Assembly (NCBI GenBank): GCA_036656515.1
Contig: JAVVOA010000001.1
Location: forward strand, 18,243-82,242
Origin: Oscillospiraceae bacterium
GTDB lineage: Bacteria > Bacillota > Clostridia > Oscillospirales > Oscillospiraceae
Reading direction: 5' to 3'
DNA: 64,000 nucleotides
The position numbers were made by a program, and so were the translations under genes. The notes below the pieces were generated by a model that had not been told where the DNA came from, ran no database searches, and saw only the letters and a list, made by a program, of their open reading frames with translations. How positions within the stretch are numbered: position 1 is the first letter of the stretch; every line of letters begins with the position of its first letter. Shown here in pieces: positions 21,905-32,498 of this stretch.

Positions 21905-22734
21905 GCGGAACGCTGTATTTAGTCGCCACACCCATCGGCAATCTGGGGGATTTTTCGCCCCGGGCGCTGGAAACCCTGCAAAAAGTGGATTTCATCGCCG
22001 CCGAGGACACCCGTGTCTCCGTCAAGCTGTTCAACCATTTTGCTGTGAAAAAGCCGGTGGTCAGCTATCACGAGCACAACCATGTCTCTGCCGGACAGAC
22101 TGTTTTGGCCAGATTGCTGGCAGGGGAGAGCTGTGCGCTGGTCACGGATGCGGGCACCCCCGCCATCAGCGATCCCGGCGAGGATTTGGTGCGGCTCTGC
22201 GCCGATGCCGGGGTAGAGGTGCTGTCCATCCCCGGCTGCTGTGCGGCCATCAACGCCTTGGCGGTGTCGGGACTGCCCACCGGGCGCTTCACCTTCGAGG
22301 GCTTTCTCACCACCAACGGCAAAAACCGTCGGGCGCGGCTGAACAGTCTGCGGAGCGAGGAGCGCACCATGATTTTCCACGAGGCACCCCACAAGCTGCG
22401 CACCACCCTCCGGGACTTGGGCGAGGCGTTGGGCGATCGACCCGTCGCCCTCTGTCGGGAGCTGACCAAGCTCCACGAGGAGACCCTGCGCACCACCCTG
22501 CTGGCGGCCTCTGCCTACTATGCGGAAAATGCGCCCCGGGGCGAATATGTGCTGGTGGTGGCGGGGGCGGTATCCACCGAGACCGACGCGGTGCTGACGC
22601 TGGAGGACGGTGTGGCGCAGGTGCTCCGCCTGAAGGACGAGGGTGTCCGGATGAAGGACGCGGTGCGTCAGGTGGCGGACGAGACGGGGCTTGCCCGGAA
22701 CGAGCTGTACGACGCAGCGCTCCACGGGGAGTAA
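21901..22734 (+). CDS. rsmI: 16S rRNA C1402 2'-O-methyltransferase
   Basis: LYLVATPIGNL, AEDTR, DAGTPAISDPG, RELTKLHEE. Confidence 0.97.
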   Translation: MSGTLYLVATPIGNLGDFSPRALETLQKVDFIAAEDTRVSVKLFNHFAVKKPVVSYHEHNHVSAGQTVLARLLAGESCALVTDAGTPAISDPGEDLVRLCADAGVEVLSIPGCCAAINALAVSGLPTGRFTFEGFLTTNGKNRRARLNSLRSEERTMIFHEAPHKLRTTLRDLGEALGDRPVALCRELTKLHEETLRTTLLAASAYYAENAPRGEYVLVVAGAVSTETDAVLTLEDGVAQVLRLKDEGVRMKDAVRQVADETGLARNELYDAALHGE

Positions 22735-22739
22735 AAATC

Positions 22740-22812
22740 AAAAAAACAGCCGACTGTGGAGTCGCCCGGGGATTTTTTCCCGGTGCGCGTTGCCACAGTC
22801 GGCTGTTTTTGT
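22740..22812. terminator. Bidirectional terminator rsmI/abrB
   Basis: AAAAACAGCCGACTGTGG...CCACAGTCGGCTGTTTTT. Confidence 0.7.
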
Positions 22813-22828
22813 TTGGTGTGATCAGATC

Positions 22829-23071
22829 TTAAACACCCTTGAGTTCCTTGAGACATTTGGGGCAGATGTTCTTGCCCTTAAATGTGGTGATGTCCTTTGC
22901 GCCGTCGCAGAAGATGCAGCTCGGTCTATATTTCTTTAAAATAACCGATGAGCCCTCCACATAAATTTCCAGCGCGTCCTTCTCCGCAATGTCCAGCGTG
23001 CGGCGCATTTCGATGGGCAGAACAATGCGACCCAATTCATCCACTTTTCTGACGATTCCTGTTGATTTCAT
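22829..23071 (-). CDS. abrB: Transition-state regulator AbrB
   Basis: MKSTGIVRKVDELGRIVLP...CIFC...ICPKC. Confidence 0.95.
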   Translation of the reverse strand: MKSTGIVRKVDELGRIVLPIEMRRTLDIAEKDALEIYVEGSSVILKKYRPSCIFCDGAKDITTFKGKNICPKCLKELKGV

Positions 23072-23351
23072 TCTGACGCTCCTTTTTTCGATAAACAATC
23101 TGCAATCCCGACAATTGTGTCTCGCTTCCTACAGACCATACCATATACTGTCATTATTTGTCAATCATTTCCGTGAAAATTTTGAAAAAATTCACAATTT
23201 GACAAAAAGACTGTCCATGCCGTGCGGACAGATTTTTCCATTTCATAAATTCGCGAAATTGGTAAGAAAAAGACGAATTTGTCATAGTTGCGCCCGGGGA
23301 AGCCTATGGTATGACAGGGGCGCGGCAAGCGCAAAGGGGAGGCATCGGGGT

Positions 23352-23933
23352 ATGGCGATGGCGGTGATCTGGACGGGGATGGTGGTGCTGTCCCTGCTAT
23401 TCGGTCTGTATACAGGAAATATCGCCGCAGTGGGGACGGCGGCGATGGAGGGCGCGGCGGCGGCGGTGGAACTGTGTCTCTCCATGGCGGGGATCCTCTG
23501 TCTGTGGTCGGGGGTGATGGAGCTGATGCGGCAGTGCGGGCTGTCCGAAAAGCTGGCGCGGGCGTTTCGCCCCCTGCTCCGGCGATTGCTGCCCGCCGCC
23601 TCCCGGGATGGGGAGACCCTTGCCGCCATCTCTGCCAACGTGTCCGCCAACCTGTTGGGACTGGGCAACGCGGCGACACCGCTGGGCATTGCCGCCGCCC
23701 GCCGCATGGCCCGGGGGACAGAGGGCAGGGCATCGGATGAGCTCTGTCTGCTGGTGGTGCTCAACACCGCCTCCATCCAGCTGATTCCCGCCACGGTGGC
23801 AGGTGTCCGCGCCGCCTGCGGGGCAAAAGCGCCCTTCGACATTTTGCCGGCGGTCTGGCTGGCCTCCGCCCTCTCCGTCACCGCCGGCTTGCTGATGGCG
23901 CGGCTGCTGTCCCGCCTGTGGAGGGACAGATGA
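23352..23933 (+). CDS. spmA: Spore maturation protein A
   Basis: ANLLGLGNAATPLG, NTASIQLIP. Confidence 0.92.
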   Translation: MAMAVIWTGMVVLSLLFGLYTGNIAAVGTAAMEGAAAAVELCLSMAGILCLWSGVMELMRQCGLSEKLARAFRPLLRRLLPAASRDGETLAAISANVSANLLGLGNAATPLGIAAARRMARGTEGRASDELCLLVVLNTASIQLIPATVAGVRAACGAKAPFDILPAVWLASALSVTAGLLMARLLSRLWRDR

Positions 23934-24448
23934 AGTTTGCGGATGCCATTGTGCCGGTGCTGCTGGCCTCCATCGCCGTCTTCGCCCTGGGCAAGCGGGT
24001 GGATGTCTATGCCGCCCTGACACGGGGAGCCGAGGAGGGTCTGGGTGTGCTGCTGCGGATTCTGCCGGCGCTGGTGGGCTTGCTGACCGCCGTCTATATG
24101 CTCCGCGCCTCTGGGGCGATGGAGGTATTTGCTCGGCTGTTTGCCCCGGTGCTGCTGGCGCTGGGCATCCCGCCGGAGACGGCACCCCTGCTGCTGATCC
24201 GCCCCATCTCCGGCAATGGCGCACTGGCGGTGGGCAGTGATTTGATGCAGACCTTCGGCCCGGATTCCTATACCGGGCGGGTGGCTGCCGTGATGCTGGG
24301 CAGTACGGAGACCACGTTTTACACCATCGCCGTCTATTTCGGCGCGGCGGGCATCCACAGAACCCGCTATGCCATTCCGGCGGCGCTGACCGCCGATTTG
24401 GCGGGGTTTGTGGCTGCGGCATTTGCGGTCAGACTGTTTTTTCCATAA
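23930..24448 (+). CDS. spmB: Spore maturation protein B
   Basis: RPISG, GPDS, GSTETTFYTIAVYFG. Confidence 0.93.
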   Translation: MKFADAIVPVLLASIAVFALGKRVDVYAALTRGAEEGLGVLLRILPALVGLLTAVYMLRASGAMEVFARLFAPVLLALGIPPETAPLLLIRPISGNGALAVGSDLMQTFGPDSYTGRVAAVMLGSTETTFYTIAVYFGAAGIHRTRYAIPAALTADLAGFVAAAFAVRLFFP

Positions 24449-24536
24449 AAAAAGCCCCCCTGTGGGGACAGGGGGGGAGGGATTTGCGGCGACAGCCGCA
24501 AATCCCCCGGAGGGAGCCGCCCCCCGGCGGGGGACA

Positions 24537-25490
24537 TCAAAACGCAAAGGCACCGCAGGTTTTCGCCACGGCGGCTAAAATCTGATGCTTCGCCTCGTCC
24601 ATGGAGCCGTCCACGGTGCAGCCCGCCGCCGCACGATGCCCACCGCCGCCCAGAAGGCGACAGACCGCAGTGGCATTGACGCGATTGCCGGTGCGGAGAG
24701 AGATTTTACAGGAGTTGGGGGTCAGCTGACGGAGGGTGATGGCGCAGTCGTTGCCCGCCACCAGTCCGCCCAGTGAGGACAGATCCTCGGCATCGCCCTC
24801 GCTGGCACCCACCCGTTCCGTCAGGGACAGGGGAATCTGCATGACCACAATGCGGTCGTTGTCATAGAGCTCCATGGTGTCCAGCATGAAGGCCTCCATC
24901 TGGAGCCGCTTGCGGGTTTTGGTGCGAAAATGGAGCTTGTTGACCGCCCGATAGTCGATGTCAAACTCCAACAGCGCCGCCGCCACCCGATGGGTGTTGG
25001 CCGTGGTGTTGCTATACACAAAGCAGCCGGTGTCGGTGGAGACCGCCACATACAGGGGCAGGGCGATCTCGGCGGTAAGCCCGCCCAGCGCCACGGCAAT
25101 CTCATAGAGGATCTCGCCGCAGGCGGCGCACTGGGGCAGGACGCAGGCGTTTTTGGCAAAGCCCTCATAGGAGGGATGGTGGTCGATGGCCAGCGTGATG
25201 TTGCCCACATAGGGCGCTGCATTTTCCGGAAAGAGAGACAGCGCCGCCACATCGGTGCTGACCACAGTCTCCGGCACAAAGTCCGCCGGTGCCCAATAGG
25301 GCGCGGCATAGGGCAGATAGTTGGGGGTGATCTCCGCATTTTCCAGCAGATAGGCGGTCTTGCCCAAGTGCCGCAGCAGGGCACAGAGGGCGGCGGCACA
25401 GCCGATGGTGTCCCCGTCGGGACGGCGGTGGGTGAGAATCAGCACCTGATCACTGGTGCGGAGCAGGTCGGCGGCTTCAATCGGCGTCAT
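24537..25490 (-). CDS. nrnA: DHH/DHHA1 phosphoesterase (NrnA-like)
   Basis: HRRPDGD, IDHH, TDTG, GGGHRAAAG. Confidence 0.9.
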   Translation of the reverse strand: MTPIEAADLLRTSDQVLILTHRRPDGDTIGCAAALCALLRHLGKTAYLLENAEITPNYLPYAAPYWAPADFVPETVVSTDVAALSLFPENAAPYVGNITLAIDHHPSYEGFAKNACVLPQCAACGEILYEIAVALGGLTAEIALPLYVAVSTDTGCFVYSNTTANTHRVAAALLEFDIDYRAVNKLHFRTKTRKRLQMEAFMLDTMELYDNDRIVVMQIPLSLTERVGASEGDAEDLSSLGGLVAGNDCAITLRQLTPNSCKISLRTGNRVNATAVCRLLGGGGHRAAAGCTVDGSMDEAKHQILAAVAKTCGAFAF

Positions 25491-25493
25491 GGG

Positions 25494-25895
25494 CTATTCC
25501 TCTGTTTCATCGGATTGATCGGTGGAGGGTTCGGCGGACTGCATGGTCTCGTCCCGGCGATCCAGATCCCGGAGCACCGTCAGAATATGGGCACCGTACT
25601 CGATGGAATCGTCCGCCACGAATTGCAGCTCCGGGGTATAGCGCAGCTGCAATTTTCCGCCCAGCTCCCGGCGCAAAAAGCCGGAGGCGGATTTTAAGCC
25701 CTGCATCACGTCCTTTTCCAGGGACTTGTCCAAGGCGCTGATATAGATGCGGGAATAGCGCAGATCGCCGGTGGTATCCACATGGGTGATGGTCACCATG
25801 CCGCTTTGCACCCGGGGATCCTTGAGACGGCGCAGCTGGGAGGACAGCTCGCGCTGGATTTCCTCGTTGATGCGCCCGATGCGATTGTTAGCCAT
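25494..25895 (-). CDS. rbfA: Ribosome-binding factor A
   Basis: LKDPRV, GFLRREL, LRYTPELQF.DDSIEYG. Confidence 0.96.
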   Translation of the reverse strand: MANNRIGRINEEIQRELSSQLRRLKDPRVQSGMVTITHVDTTGDLRYSRIYISALDKSLEKDVMQGLKSASGFLRRELGGKLQLRYTPELQFVADDSIEYGAHILTVLRDLDRRDETMQSAEPSTDQSDETEE

Positions 25896-26042
25896 AAGGC
25901 AGTTCCTCCTTTGTAAAAATGGGGCGGGCTTGTCCAGCCCTTGCCCCGGCGGGTTCCGCGACAGGCGGAAAATGGAAGAAGGAGCGACCGCAGGGGTCGC
26001 CCCTTCGGGGAAGCGTCCGGGATTAGCCGGACACCTGTTTGA

Positions 26043-28451
26043 TTATTGGGGAATTTCCTGCATGGTGAAGGCCTCGACAATGTCCCGCTCCCGGATGTCG
26101 TTGAACTTCTCGATGGACAGGCCGCACTCATAGTTCTCCGCCACTTCCTTGACAGCGTCCTTAAAACGCTGGAGGGAGGCGAGGGTGCCCTCGTGGATGA
26201 CGATGCCGTCCCGCACGATGCGGACGGAGCAGGCGCGGACGATCTTGCCGTCCTGCACATAGCAGCCGGCGACGGTGCCCACACCGGAGACCTTATAGAC
26301 CAGTCGAATTTCAGCATGCCCCAAAACGACCTCTTTAAACTTGGGCTCCAGCATCCCCTTCATGGCGGACTCGATCTCGTCGATGCAGTCATAGATCACC
26401 CGATACATCCGCATATCCACGTTGGAGCGGATGGCGGAATCCCGGGCTGCCGCATCGGGGCGGACGTTAAAGCCCACGATGATGGCGTTGGAGGAGGAGG
26501 CCAGCATCACGTCGGATTCGCTGATGGCACCCACGCCGCCGTGGATGACACGGACGCGGACTTCCTCGTTGGTCAGTTTTTCCAGAGAAGCCTTGACGGC
26601 CTCCACAGAGCCCTGGACGTCCGCCTTGACAATCAGAGCCAGCTCCTTCATCTCGCCGGCCTGAATCTGGTCAAACAAGTCCTCCAAGGAGGCCTTGTGG
26701 ACGGGGGCGGCGGCTGCCGCCCGCTCCTCTGCCTTGCGCTGCTCCACCAGCTCACGCGCCATCCGCTCATCGGCGACGGCGTAGAAGGTGCTGCCGGCGG
26801 TGGGCGCTTCGGACAGACCCGCAATCTCCACGGGCACGGAGGGGCCGGCCTCTGTCAGCTTGCGCCCCTTGCTGTCCAGCATGGTGCGGACGTGTCCCAC
26901 AGAGGTGCCGGCAATGATGGTGTCGCCCACCCGCAGGGTGCCGTTTTGCACCAGCAGGGTGGCGATGGGGCCCCGCCCCTTGTCCAGCCGTGCCTCGATG
27001 ACCGTGCCGGCTCCGGCGCGGTTGGGGTTTGCCTTCAGCTCGGACACCTCGGCGGTCAGGGTGACCATTTCCAGCAGGTGGTCGATGCCGATTCTCTGCT
27101 TGGCAGAGACTTGGCAGCAGATGGTCTCGCCGCCCCACTCCTCAGCAACCAGCCCGTATTCGGTGAGCTGCTGCATGATGCGGTCGGGGTTGGCGTTGGG
27201 CTTGTCGATTTTGTTGATGGCGACGATGATGGGGATGCCCGCCGCCTTGGCATGGTTGATGGACTCCACGGTCTGGGGCATGATGCCGTCATCCGCCGCC
27301 ACCATCAAAATGGCGATATCGGTAATCATGGCACCACGGGCGCGCATGGAGGTAAAGGCCTCGTGTCCCGGCGTATCCAAGAAGGTGATGGGCTTGCCGC
27401 CGATCTGCACCTGATAGGCACCGATGTGCTGGGTGATGCCGCCCGCCTCTCCGGCGGCGACAGCGGTGTCTCGGATGGCATCCAGCAGGGAGGTCTTGCC
27501 GTGATCCACGTGTCCCATGACCACCACCACGGGGGCGCGGGGCACCAGCTCCTCGGCACTGTCCTCGTGGACGTCGATGAGACGCTCCTCGATGGTGACC
27601 ACCACCTCGTGCTCGACCTTGCAGCCCAGCTCCAAGGCAACCAGCGCGGCGGTGTCATAGTCGATCAGCTCGGGCAGGGAGGCCATAACGCCCATTTTCA
27701 TCAGCACCTTGACCACCTGCGCACCGGTTTTCTTCATGCGGGAGGCCAGCTCGCCCACGGAGATCTCGTCGGGAATCTCCACCTTGAGGGGAGCCTTCTT
27801 GGCGATTTCCAGTTGCAGACGGCGCATTTTCTCCTGCTCATCCTGACGGCGCTTGTTGGAGAAGGTCACGCCGGGGGCAGGACGGCGCTGGTTGGTGTTG
27901 CGGAATTTTTCCTTGCCCTGCTGCATGTTCTTCGCCTTGTCCGGCGCCATCTGCTCCAAGCGCTCGTCATAGCGCTCCAAGTTGACGCTGACCGCCTTGC
28001 GGGTGTCCACGATTTTCGTCTTGGGAACCCGGGATACGGGCGGGACAGTCCCGGCGGGCTGACCGGCGGTCGTTGCCTGCTGACCCGAAGCGGGCTGCTG
28101 ACCGGCAGCGGGCTGCTGACCTGCGGGCTTTCCGGCATTGTTGTTGCCGGGGGTCGCGGGCTTTGCCATACCGGCGGGCTTTGCCCCCGCAGTGGGCTGA
28201 CCGGCGGGAATTGCCGGGGTCACCGGCGCGGCGGGCTTCGCCGGCTCCTGATAGGTGTCTGCAAAGATCACCTCGATCCCCTTGACGGGATGCTGCTGCG
28301 TCAGGGACTCAAACACCAGAGAAAGCTCCTGCTCCTCTAGCACCTGCATATGATTTTTCGGCGTTTGCGCGTATTTCGTCAAAATCTCCGAAACATCCTT
28401 GGTGGGCAGACCAAAGTCCTTAGCCACCTCGTGTACTCTGTATTTCTCCAT
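26043..28451 (-). CDS. infB: Translation initiation factor IF-2
   Basis: [26 protein letters not shown]. Confidence 0.98.
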   Translation of the reverse strand: MEKYRVHEVAKDFGLPTKDVSEILTKYAQTPKNHMQVLEEQELSLVFESLTQQHPVKGIEVIFADTYQEPAKPAAPVTPAIPAGQPTAGAKPAGMAKPATPGNNNAGKPAGQQPAAGQQPASGQQATTAGQPAGTVPPVSRVPKTKIVDTRKAVSVNLERYDERLEQMAPDKAKNMQQGKEKFRNTNQRRPAPGVTFSNKRRQDEQEKMRRLQLEIAKKAPLKVEIPDEISVGELASRMKKTGAQVVKVLMKMGVMASLPELIDYDTAALVALELGCKVEHEVVVTIEERLIDVHEDSAEELVPRAPVVVVMGHVDHGKTSLLDAIRDTAVAAGEAGGITQHIGAYQVQIGGKPITFLDTPGHEAFTSMRARGAMITDIAILMVAADDGIMPQTVESINHAKAAGIPIIVAINKIDKPNANPDRIMQQLTEYGLVAEEWGGETICCQVSAKQRIGIDHLLEMVTLTAEVSELKANPNRAGAGTVIEARLDKGRGPIATLLVQNGTLRVGDTIIAGTSVGHVRTMLDSKGRKLTEAGPSVPVEIAGLSEAPTAGSTFYAVADERMARELVEQRKAEERAAAAAPVHKASLEDLFDQIQAGEMKELALIVKADVQGSVEAVKASLEKLTNEEVRVRVIHGGVGAISESDVMLASSSNAIIVGFNVRPDAAARDSAIRSNVDMRMYRVIYDCIDEIESAMKGMLEPKFKEVVLGHAEIRLVYKVSGVGTVAGCYVQDGKIVRACSVRIVRDGIVIHEGTLASLQRFKDAVKEVAENYECGLSIEKFNDIRERDIVEAFTMQEIPQ

Positions 28452-28601
28452 ACCCAAATAAAGCCACCTCCATAGCTGCGCTTCAAAGGGATGTCTTCCC
28501 TTCGAGCCACCCCGAACCCACGCGCTATGCGTCGGCTCGGCTGTTTGGCAGACCTCTGCCATTGATTAAGATAAAATTTCGCGGAAAATTTCCCGAAATC
28601 C

Positions 28602-29360
28602 TTATTTTCCTTTTTTGGAAGACCCCCGTCCGTGCTTCACCGGCAGACTTGCCCGAAAAGCGCGAGGCGTATGCGCCCCGTCGGTGGTGCCATCCGGCTT
28701 TGTGCCGGGTTTGATCGCGAAGCCGGGCTTCGTGGTGACCGGAACGCCCCCATCGGGCTTTGCCGCCGTCCGCGAGGCTCTGGTGCCGGGTCTTACAAAG
28801 GGCTTCGCCGTCTCTCCGGCGGGCTTGCGATAGGAGCGGGGCTTTGGCACTGCAACTGGCTGCTCCTCATCCGCCTTCCGCGCCATCCGCTGGACGGCAG
28901 GGTGGGGCAGGGGGGTACCCGGCTTGGCCGCCGGCGGCTCTCGCCGCTTTTTGCCCAGCTTTTTCTCATGCACCGCCTGCTCGCGACGGCGCTCCGCCGC
29001 ACGCTGTGCCTTGACCTCCAGCCGCGCCGCCGTCTCTCCAAAGGTCTCGGGGTCGGTGACGGCAAGCTTTTTCATGACGGCAGAGGCAAAGCCAATGTCG
29101 GTCACCGCCACCATGGCACAGGAGCTACGCCCCACGGCACCCCCCAATTCATCCTTGGTGAAGGGCACCCGTGTCCAGATGCACTGGCCGGCCTCGGCAA
29201 AGTGCTGCACCCGGCGGAGGGTGTTTTCGGCGGCGTCCCGCGCCACCAGAAGCAGGCGCACGTCCCGCGCCCGGGCGGCGGCACCCACCGGCTCCTCGCC
29301 CACTGCCAATTGTCCTGCCTTTTTGGCAAGTCCAATCAGATGCAATAGATTACTGTCCAT
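28602..29360 (-). CDS. L7Ae/YlxQ-family RNA-binding protein with long basic C-terminal extension
   Basis: LIGLAKKAGQLAVGE...TKDELGGAVGR..VAVTDIGFA; position between ylxR and infB. Confidence 0.85.
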   Translation of the reverse strand: MDSNLLHLIGLAKKAGQLAVGEEPVGAAARARDVRLLLVARDAAENTLRRVQHFAEAGQCIWTRVPFTKDELGGAVGRSSCAMVAVTDIGFASAVMKKLAVTDPETFGETAARLEVKAQRAAERRREQAVHEKKLGKKRREPPAAKPGTPLPHPAVQRMARKADEEQPVAVPKPRSYRKPAGETAKPFVRPGTRASRTAAKPDGGVPVTTKPGFAIKPGTKPDGTTDGAHTPRAFRASLPVKHGRGSSKKGK

Positions 29361-29628
29361 CTTCGCCTCCCAGCTGACGCTCCAAGGCGTCATAGACCTC
29401 CGGCGGAATCGCCCCGCCAAAGGCGCGCTCCAATGCCCGGGATTTTTTTGCCTTGGCAATGCAGACGCTCCCCCGGCAGAGATAGGCACCCCGCCCGGGC
29501 TTCCGTCCGTTTTCATCCAGAGAAATCTCCCCCTCGGGAGAGCGCACCACCCGGATGAGATTCTTTTTGTCCTGCATTTCCCGACAGCCGATGCACTGCC
29601 GCTGTGGGATTTTCTTCGCTTTTTGCAA
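29350..29628 (-). CDS. ylxR: YlxR/RnpM family protein
   Basis: PQRQCIGC, LIRVVR, GRGAYLC. Confidence 0.93.
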   Translation of the reverse strand: MQKAKKIPQRQCIGCREMQDKKNLIRVVRSPEGEISLDENGRKPGRGAYLCRGSVCIAKAKKSRALERAFGGAIPPEVYDALERQLGGEDGQ

Positions 29629-29694
29629 GCTCAGACCGCCTTTCGGTTGAAGATGGAAGTTCCATGTGTCTGGATACCGCTGCTGTGCCGAGGC

Positions 29695-30798
29695 TTAGTC
29701 CTCGGTGGTCTCCGGGACAGTCTCGGGTTCCGCCGCCGGTTCCTCGTCCCGGAAGCTCTCCGGCTTGATGTCGATTTTATAGCCGGTCAGCCGGGCGGCG
29801 AGGCGGGCGTTCTGCCCCTCCTTGCCGATGGCGAGGGAGAGCTGATCGTCGGGGACGATCACGCGGCAGGCCTTGCCCTCGTCCGCGATCCAGACATCCA
29901 CCACGTCGGCGGGTGCCAGAGCGGCGGCGATGAAGGCGGCGGGTTCCTCGCTGTACTTGATGATGTCGATTTTCTCGCCCCGCAGCTCGTCTACGATGGC
30001 GGAGACCCGCTGTCCCTTGGGACCGATGCAGGCGCCGATGGGATCCACGTTGTCCTCGTTGGACCAGACCGCCATCTTGGTGCGGCTGCCCGCCTCACGG
30101 GCGATGCTGCGTACCTCGACCGTGCCGTCGAAAATCTCGGGTACCTCCAGCTCGAACAGGCGCTTGACCAGTCCGGGATGGGTGCGGGAGATGAGCACCT
30201 GGGGTCCCTTGGTAGAGCGGCGTACCTCGACCACATAGACCTTGACGTGCATCCCCTCCACCAGTGTCTCGCCCTTGACCTGCTCGGTGGCGGTCAAAAG
30301 TGCGTCGGTGGACTCTGCGCCGGTGCCGATGTGGAGGGATACGTTGCCGTTGCGGGGATCCACCCGGGAGACCACGCCGGTCAAAATCTCATGCTGCTTG
30401 GAGTTGAACTCGTCATAGACCATGCCGCGCTCGGCCTCGCGCAGTCCTTGGATGATGACCTGCTTGCCGTTGCCGGCGGCGATGCGACCGAAGTCCACAT
30501 TGTTCACCGCCAGATTGACCACGGAATACAGCTCGAATTTGGCGGAGATGGCACGGGCATCCTCCAGAGAGATCTCTGTGCCGGGATTCTCCACTTCCTC
30601 CACCACGGTTTTCTGGACATACATCCGCAGATCCTGCTTGGCCTCGTTGACATCCACGAACACGTTTTCCACGCCCTCGTGATCCCGCTTATAGGCGGTG
30701 GTCAAGGCCTGCACGATTTTCTCCATCATAAATGCCTGGGGGATGTTGCGCTCCTTTTCCAACATGGCGAGCGCCGCGAAAATTTCATCACACTTCAC
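29695..30798 (-). CDS. nusA: Transcription factor NusA
   Basis: FGRIAA, SRTHP, AREAGSRTK, LAIGKEGQNARLA. Confidence 0.97.
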   Translation of the reverse strand: MKCDEIFAALAMLEKERNIPQAFMMEKIVQALTTAYKRDHEGVENVFVDVNEAKQDLRMYVQKTVVEEVENPGTEISLEDARAISAKFELYSVVNLAVNNVDFGRIAAGNGKQVIIQGLREAERGMVYDEFNSKQHEILTGVVSRVDPRNGNVSLHIGTGAESTDALLTATEQVKGETLVEGMHVKVYVVEVRRSTKGPQVLISRTHPGLVKRLFELEVPEIFDGTVEVRSIAREAGSRTKMAVWSNEDNVDPIGACIGPKGQRVSAIVDELRGEKIDIIKYSEEPAAFIAAALAPADVVDVWIADEGKACRVIVPDDQLSLAIGKEGQNARLAARLTGYKIDIKPESFRDEEPAAEPETVPETTED

Positions 30799-30996
30799 GA
30801 AAAAATCACCTCAAAAAAGATTCAAAAAAAGTCAGCGACTAGAGTAGCTCTAGTGTTTTGGTTGGACTATCTGCCCCACGCGCATTGCAATGCAGCAAAA
30901 TGCCGTTGCATGGCAGGGGGCTTCACTCTATCAGCCGGTCAACGTTTTTGTCCGGCTTTTTGAAAAAAGTTGGCGGTTCTATCTCTGCGCCTTGCC

Positions 30997-31452
30997 TTAA
31001 AACTCCACGCGTAACCGGCAGAGGGCGACCTCGGATTTCTCGAAGCGCATAGGGGTCTCGCCCACGGTGATGGAGACCGCGCCGTTCTCATAGCCGGTCA
31101 GTACGCCGGCGAACTCCTTGCGTCCGTCCCGGCTTTGATACAGGCGGACGGTGACAGGGCTGCCCAAAAAGGCGGCATAGTCAGAGGGGCGCTTTAAGGG
31201 GCGCTCACAGCCGGCAGAGCTGACCTCGAAGGTGTAGTTTCCCTCGATGGGATCCACTTCATCCAGCAGGGCTCCCACCGCGCGGGAGACCGCCTCGCAG
31301 TCCAAAATGTCCACGCCGCCCTCCTTATCCAAATAGAGGCGCAGATACCAGCCGCCTGCCTCCTTGACGTACTCAGCGTCCCAGAGGGTACAGCCGGCCT
31401 CGGCGATGGCGGGCGCGGCCAATTCCGCGGCTAAATCGGCAATTTTCTTCAT
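30997..31452 (-). CDS. rimP: Ribosome maturation factor RimP
   Basis: LYLDKEGGV...DCE, YTFEVSSAG.ERPL. Confidence 0.95.
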   Translation of the reverse strand: MKKIADLAAELAAPAIAEAGCTLWDAEYVKEAGGWYLRLYLDKEGGVDILDCEAVSRAVGALLDEVDPIEGNYTFEVSSAGCERPLKRPSDYAAFLGSPVTVRLYQSRDGRKEFAGVLTGYENGAVSITVGETPMRFEKSEVALCRLRVEF

Positions 31453-31498
31453 GCAAAGCTCCCTTCCTGTATCATTTTATGGGGTCAAAATTGACCAA

Positions 31499-31525
31499 CA
31501 AAAAGAGCGGACGATTCGTCCACTC
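31499..31525 (-). promoter_or_regulatory. rimP leader attenuator (terminator in the 5' UTR)
   Basis: GAGTGGACG-AAT-CGTCCGCTC-TTTTT just downstream of a TTGCCT-N17-TAAGAT promoter; a rimP/ylxS leader terminator is known in Firmicutes. Confidence 0.75.
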
Positions 31526-31682
31526 CAGCTATCTAACATCTCAACGTGCCCTATCTTATCATAAAAACCCGGGAAAGGCAAGCTTTTTCCATGGGTATTT
31601 CGGTGAGAATTGGCGGTTTTTTCGCCTTTTGCCCCGAAAATCTGTGGGAGAGAACACAAATCCCGTGTTCTCTCCCACGACA

Positions 31683-32498
31683 CTAAGCTTTTCGCAGATG
31701 GCGCAGTCCGCAAAACACCAAAAAGACCAGCAGATTTACCACCACGATGGAGGCTCCCACCGGGGTGGACAGCAGGTAGGAGCCGGTCAGCCCCACGCAG
31801 AAGCAGAAGACCGACAGCACGCCCGCGCAGAGCACCACCCCCCGGAAGCTGCGAAAGAGACGCATGGCGGAGAGGGCGGGGAAAATCACCAGACTGGAAA
31901 TCAGCATAGCACCCATCATCCGCATCCCCAGCACAATGGTCAGCGCCGTCAAAACCGACAGCAGAGAGCGATAGACCGCCACCCGAATGCCGGTGGCATG
32001 GGAGAAATTCTCGTCAAAGGTGATGGCGAAAATCTTGTGGTAAAACAGGACAAACAGCAGCAGCACCGCAATGGACAGAACCACCGACAGTCCCACGTCG
32101 GAATCGCTCATGGCGAGAATGCTGCCGAACATATAGCTGTCCACGTCGGTGGTCATGCCCGTGGTGAGGGAGGTGACCAGAATGCCGATGGCCAGCGCAG
32201 AGGCAGAGGCGACGGCGATGGCGGCATCGCTGGAGGTCTCGCTGCCCTCGGCGATCCGCAGCAGGAGAAAGGCGGCGACGATCACCACAGGGATGGAGAC
32301 CAGCAGGGGCGCCCAGCCCAGCGCCACCGCCACGGCAAGCGCGCCGAAGGAGACGTGGGACAGTCCGTCCCCGATCATGGAGTAGCGCTTTAAGACCAGC
32401 GATACCCCCAGCAGCGCCGCGCACAGGGACACCAGAATCCCCACGGTAAACGCCCGGACGATAAAGGGATAGGAGAACATCTGCATGAGAACCGTCAT
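31683..32498 (-). CDS. Metal (Zn/Mn) ABC transporter permease
   Basis: SMIGDGLSH, YMFGSI, ITFDE. Confidence 0.93.
   Translation of the reverse strand: MTVLMQMFSYPFIVRAFTVGILVSLCAALLGVSLVLKRYSMIGDGLSHVSFGALAVAVALGWAPLLVSIPVVIVAAFLLLRIAEGSETSSDAAIAVASASALAIGILVTSLTTGMTTDVDSYMFGSILAMSDSDVGLSVVLSIAVLLLFVLFYHKIFAITFDENFSHATGIRVAVYRSLLSVLTALTIVLGMRMMGAMLISSLVIFPALSAMRLFRSFRGVVLCAGVLSVFCFCVGLTGSYLLSTPVGASIVVVNLLVFLVFCGLRHLRKA

Noticed and set aside
23100-23135. Spo0A boxes downstream of the abrB promoter (TGTAGGA, TGTCGGG on the minus strand)
   Set aside because: Two mismatches each to TGNCGAA; plausible but weak and expected biology
26046-30963. Long + strand ORFs (764 aa, 679 aa), and similar ones at 44560-46710 and 7449-9131
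   Set aside because: Antisense shadows of infB, nusA, grd and MATE genes, expected with high GC3; no motifs or RBS
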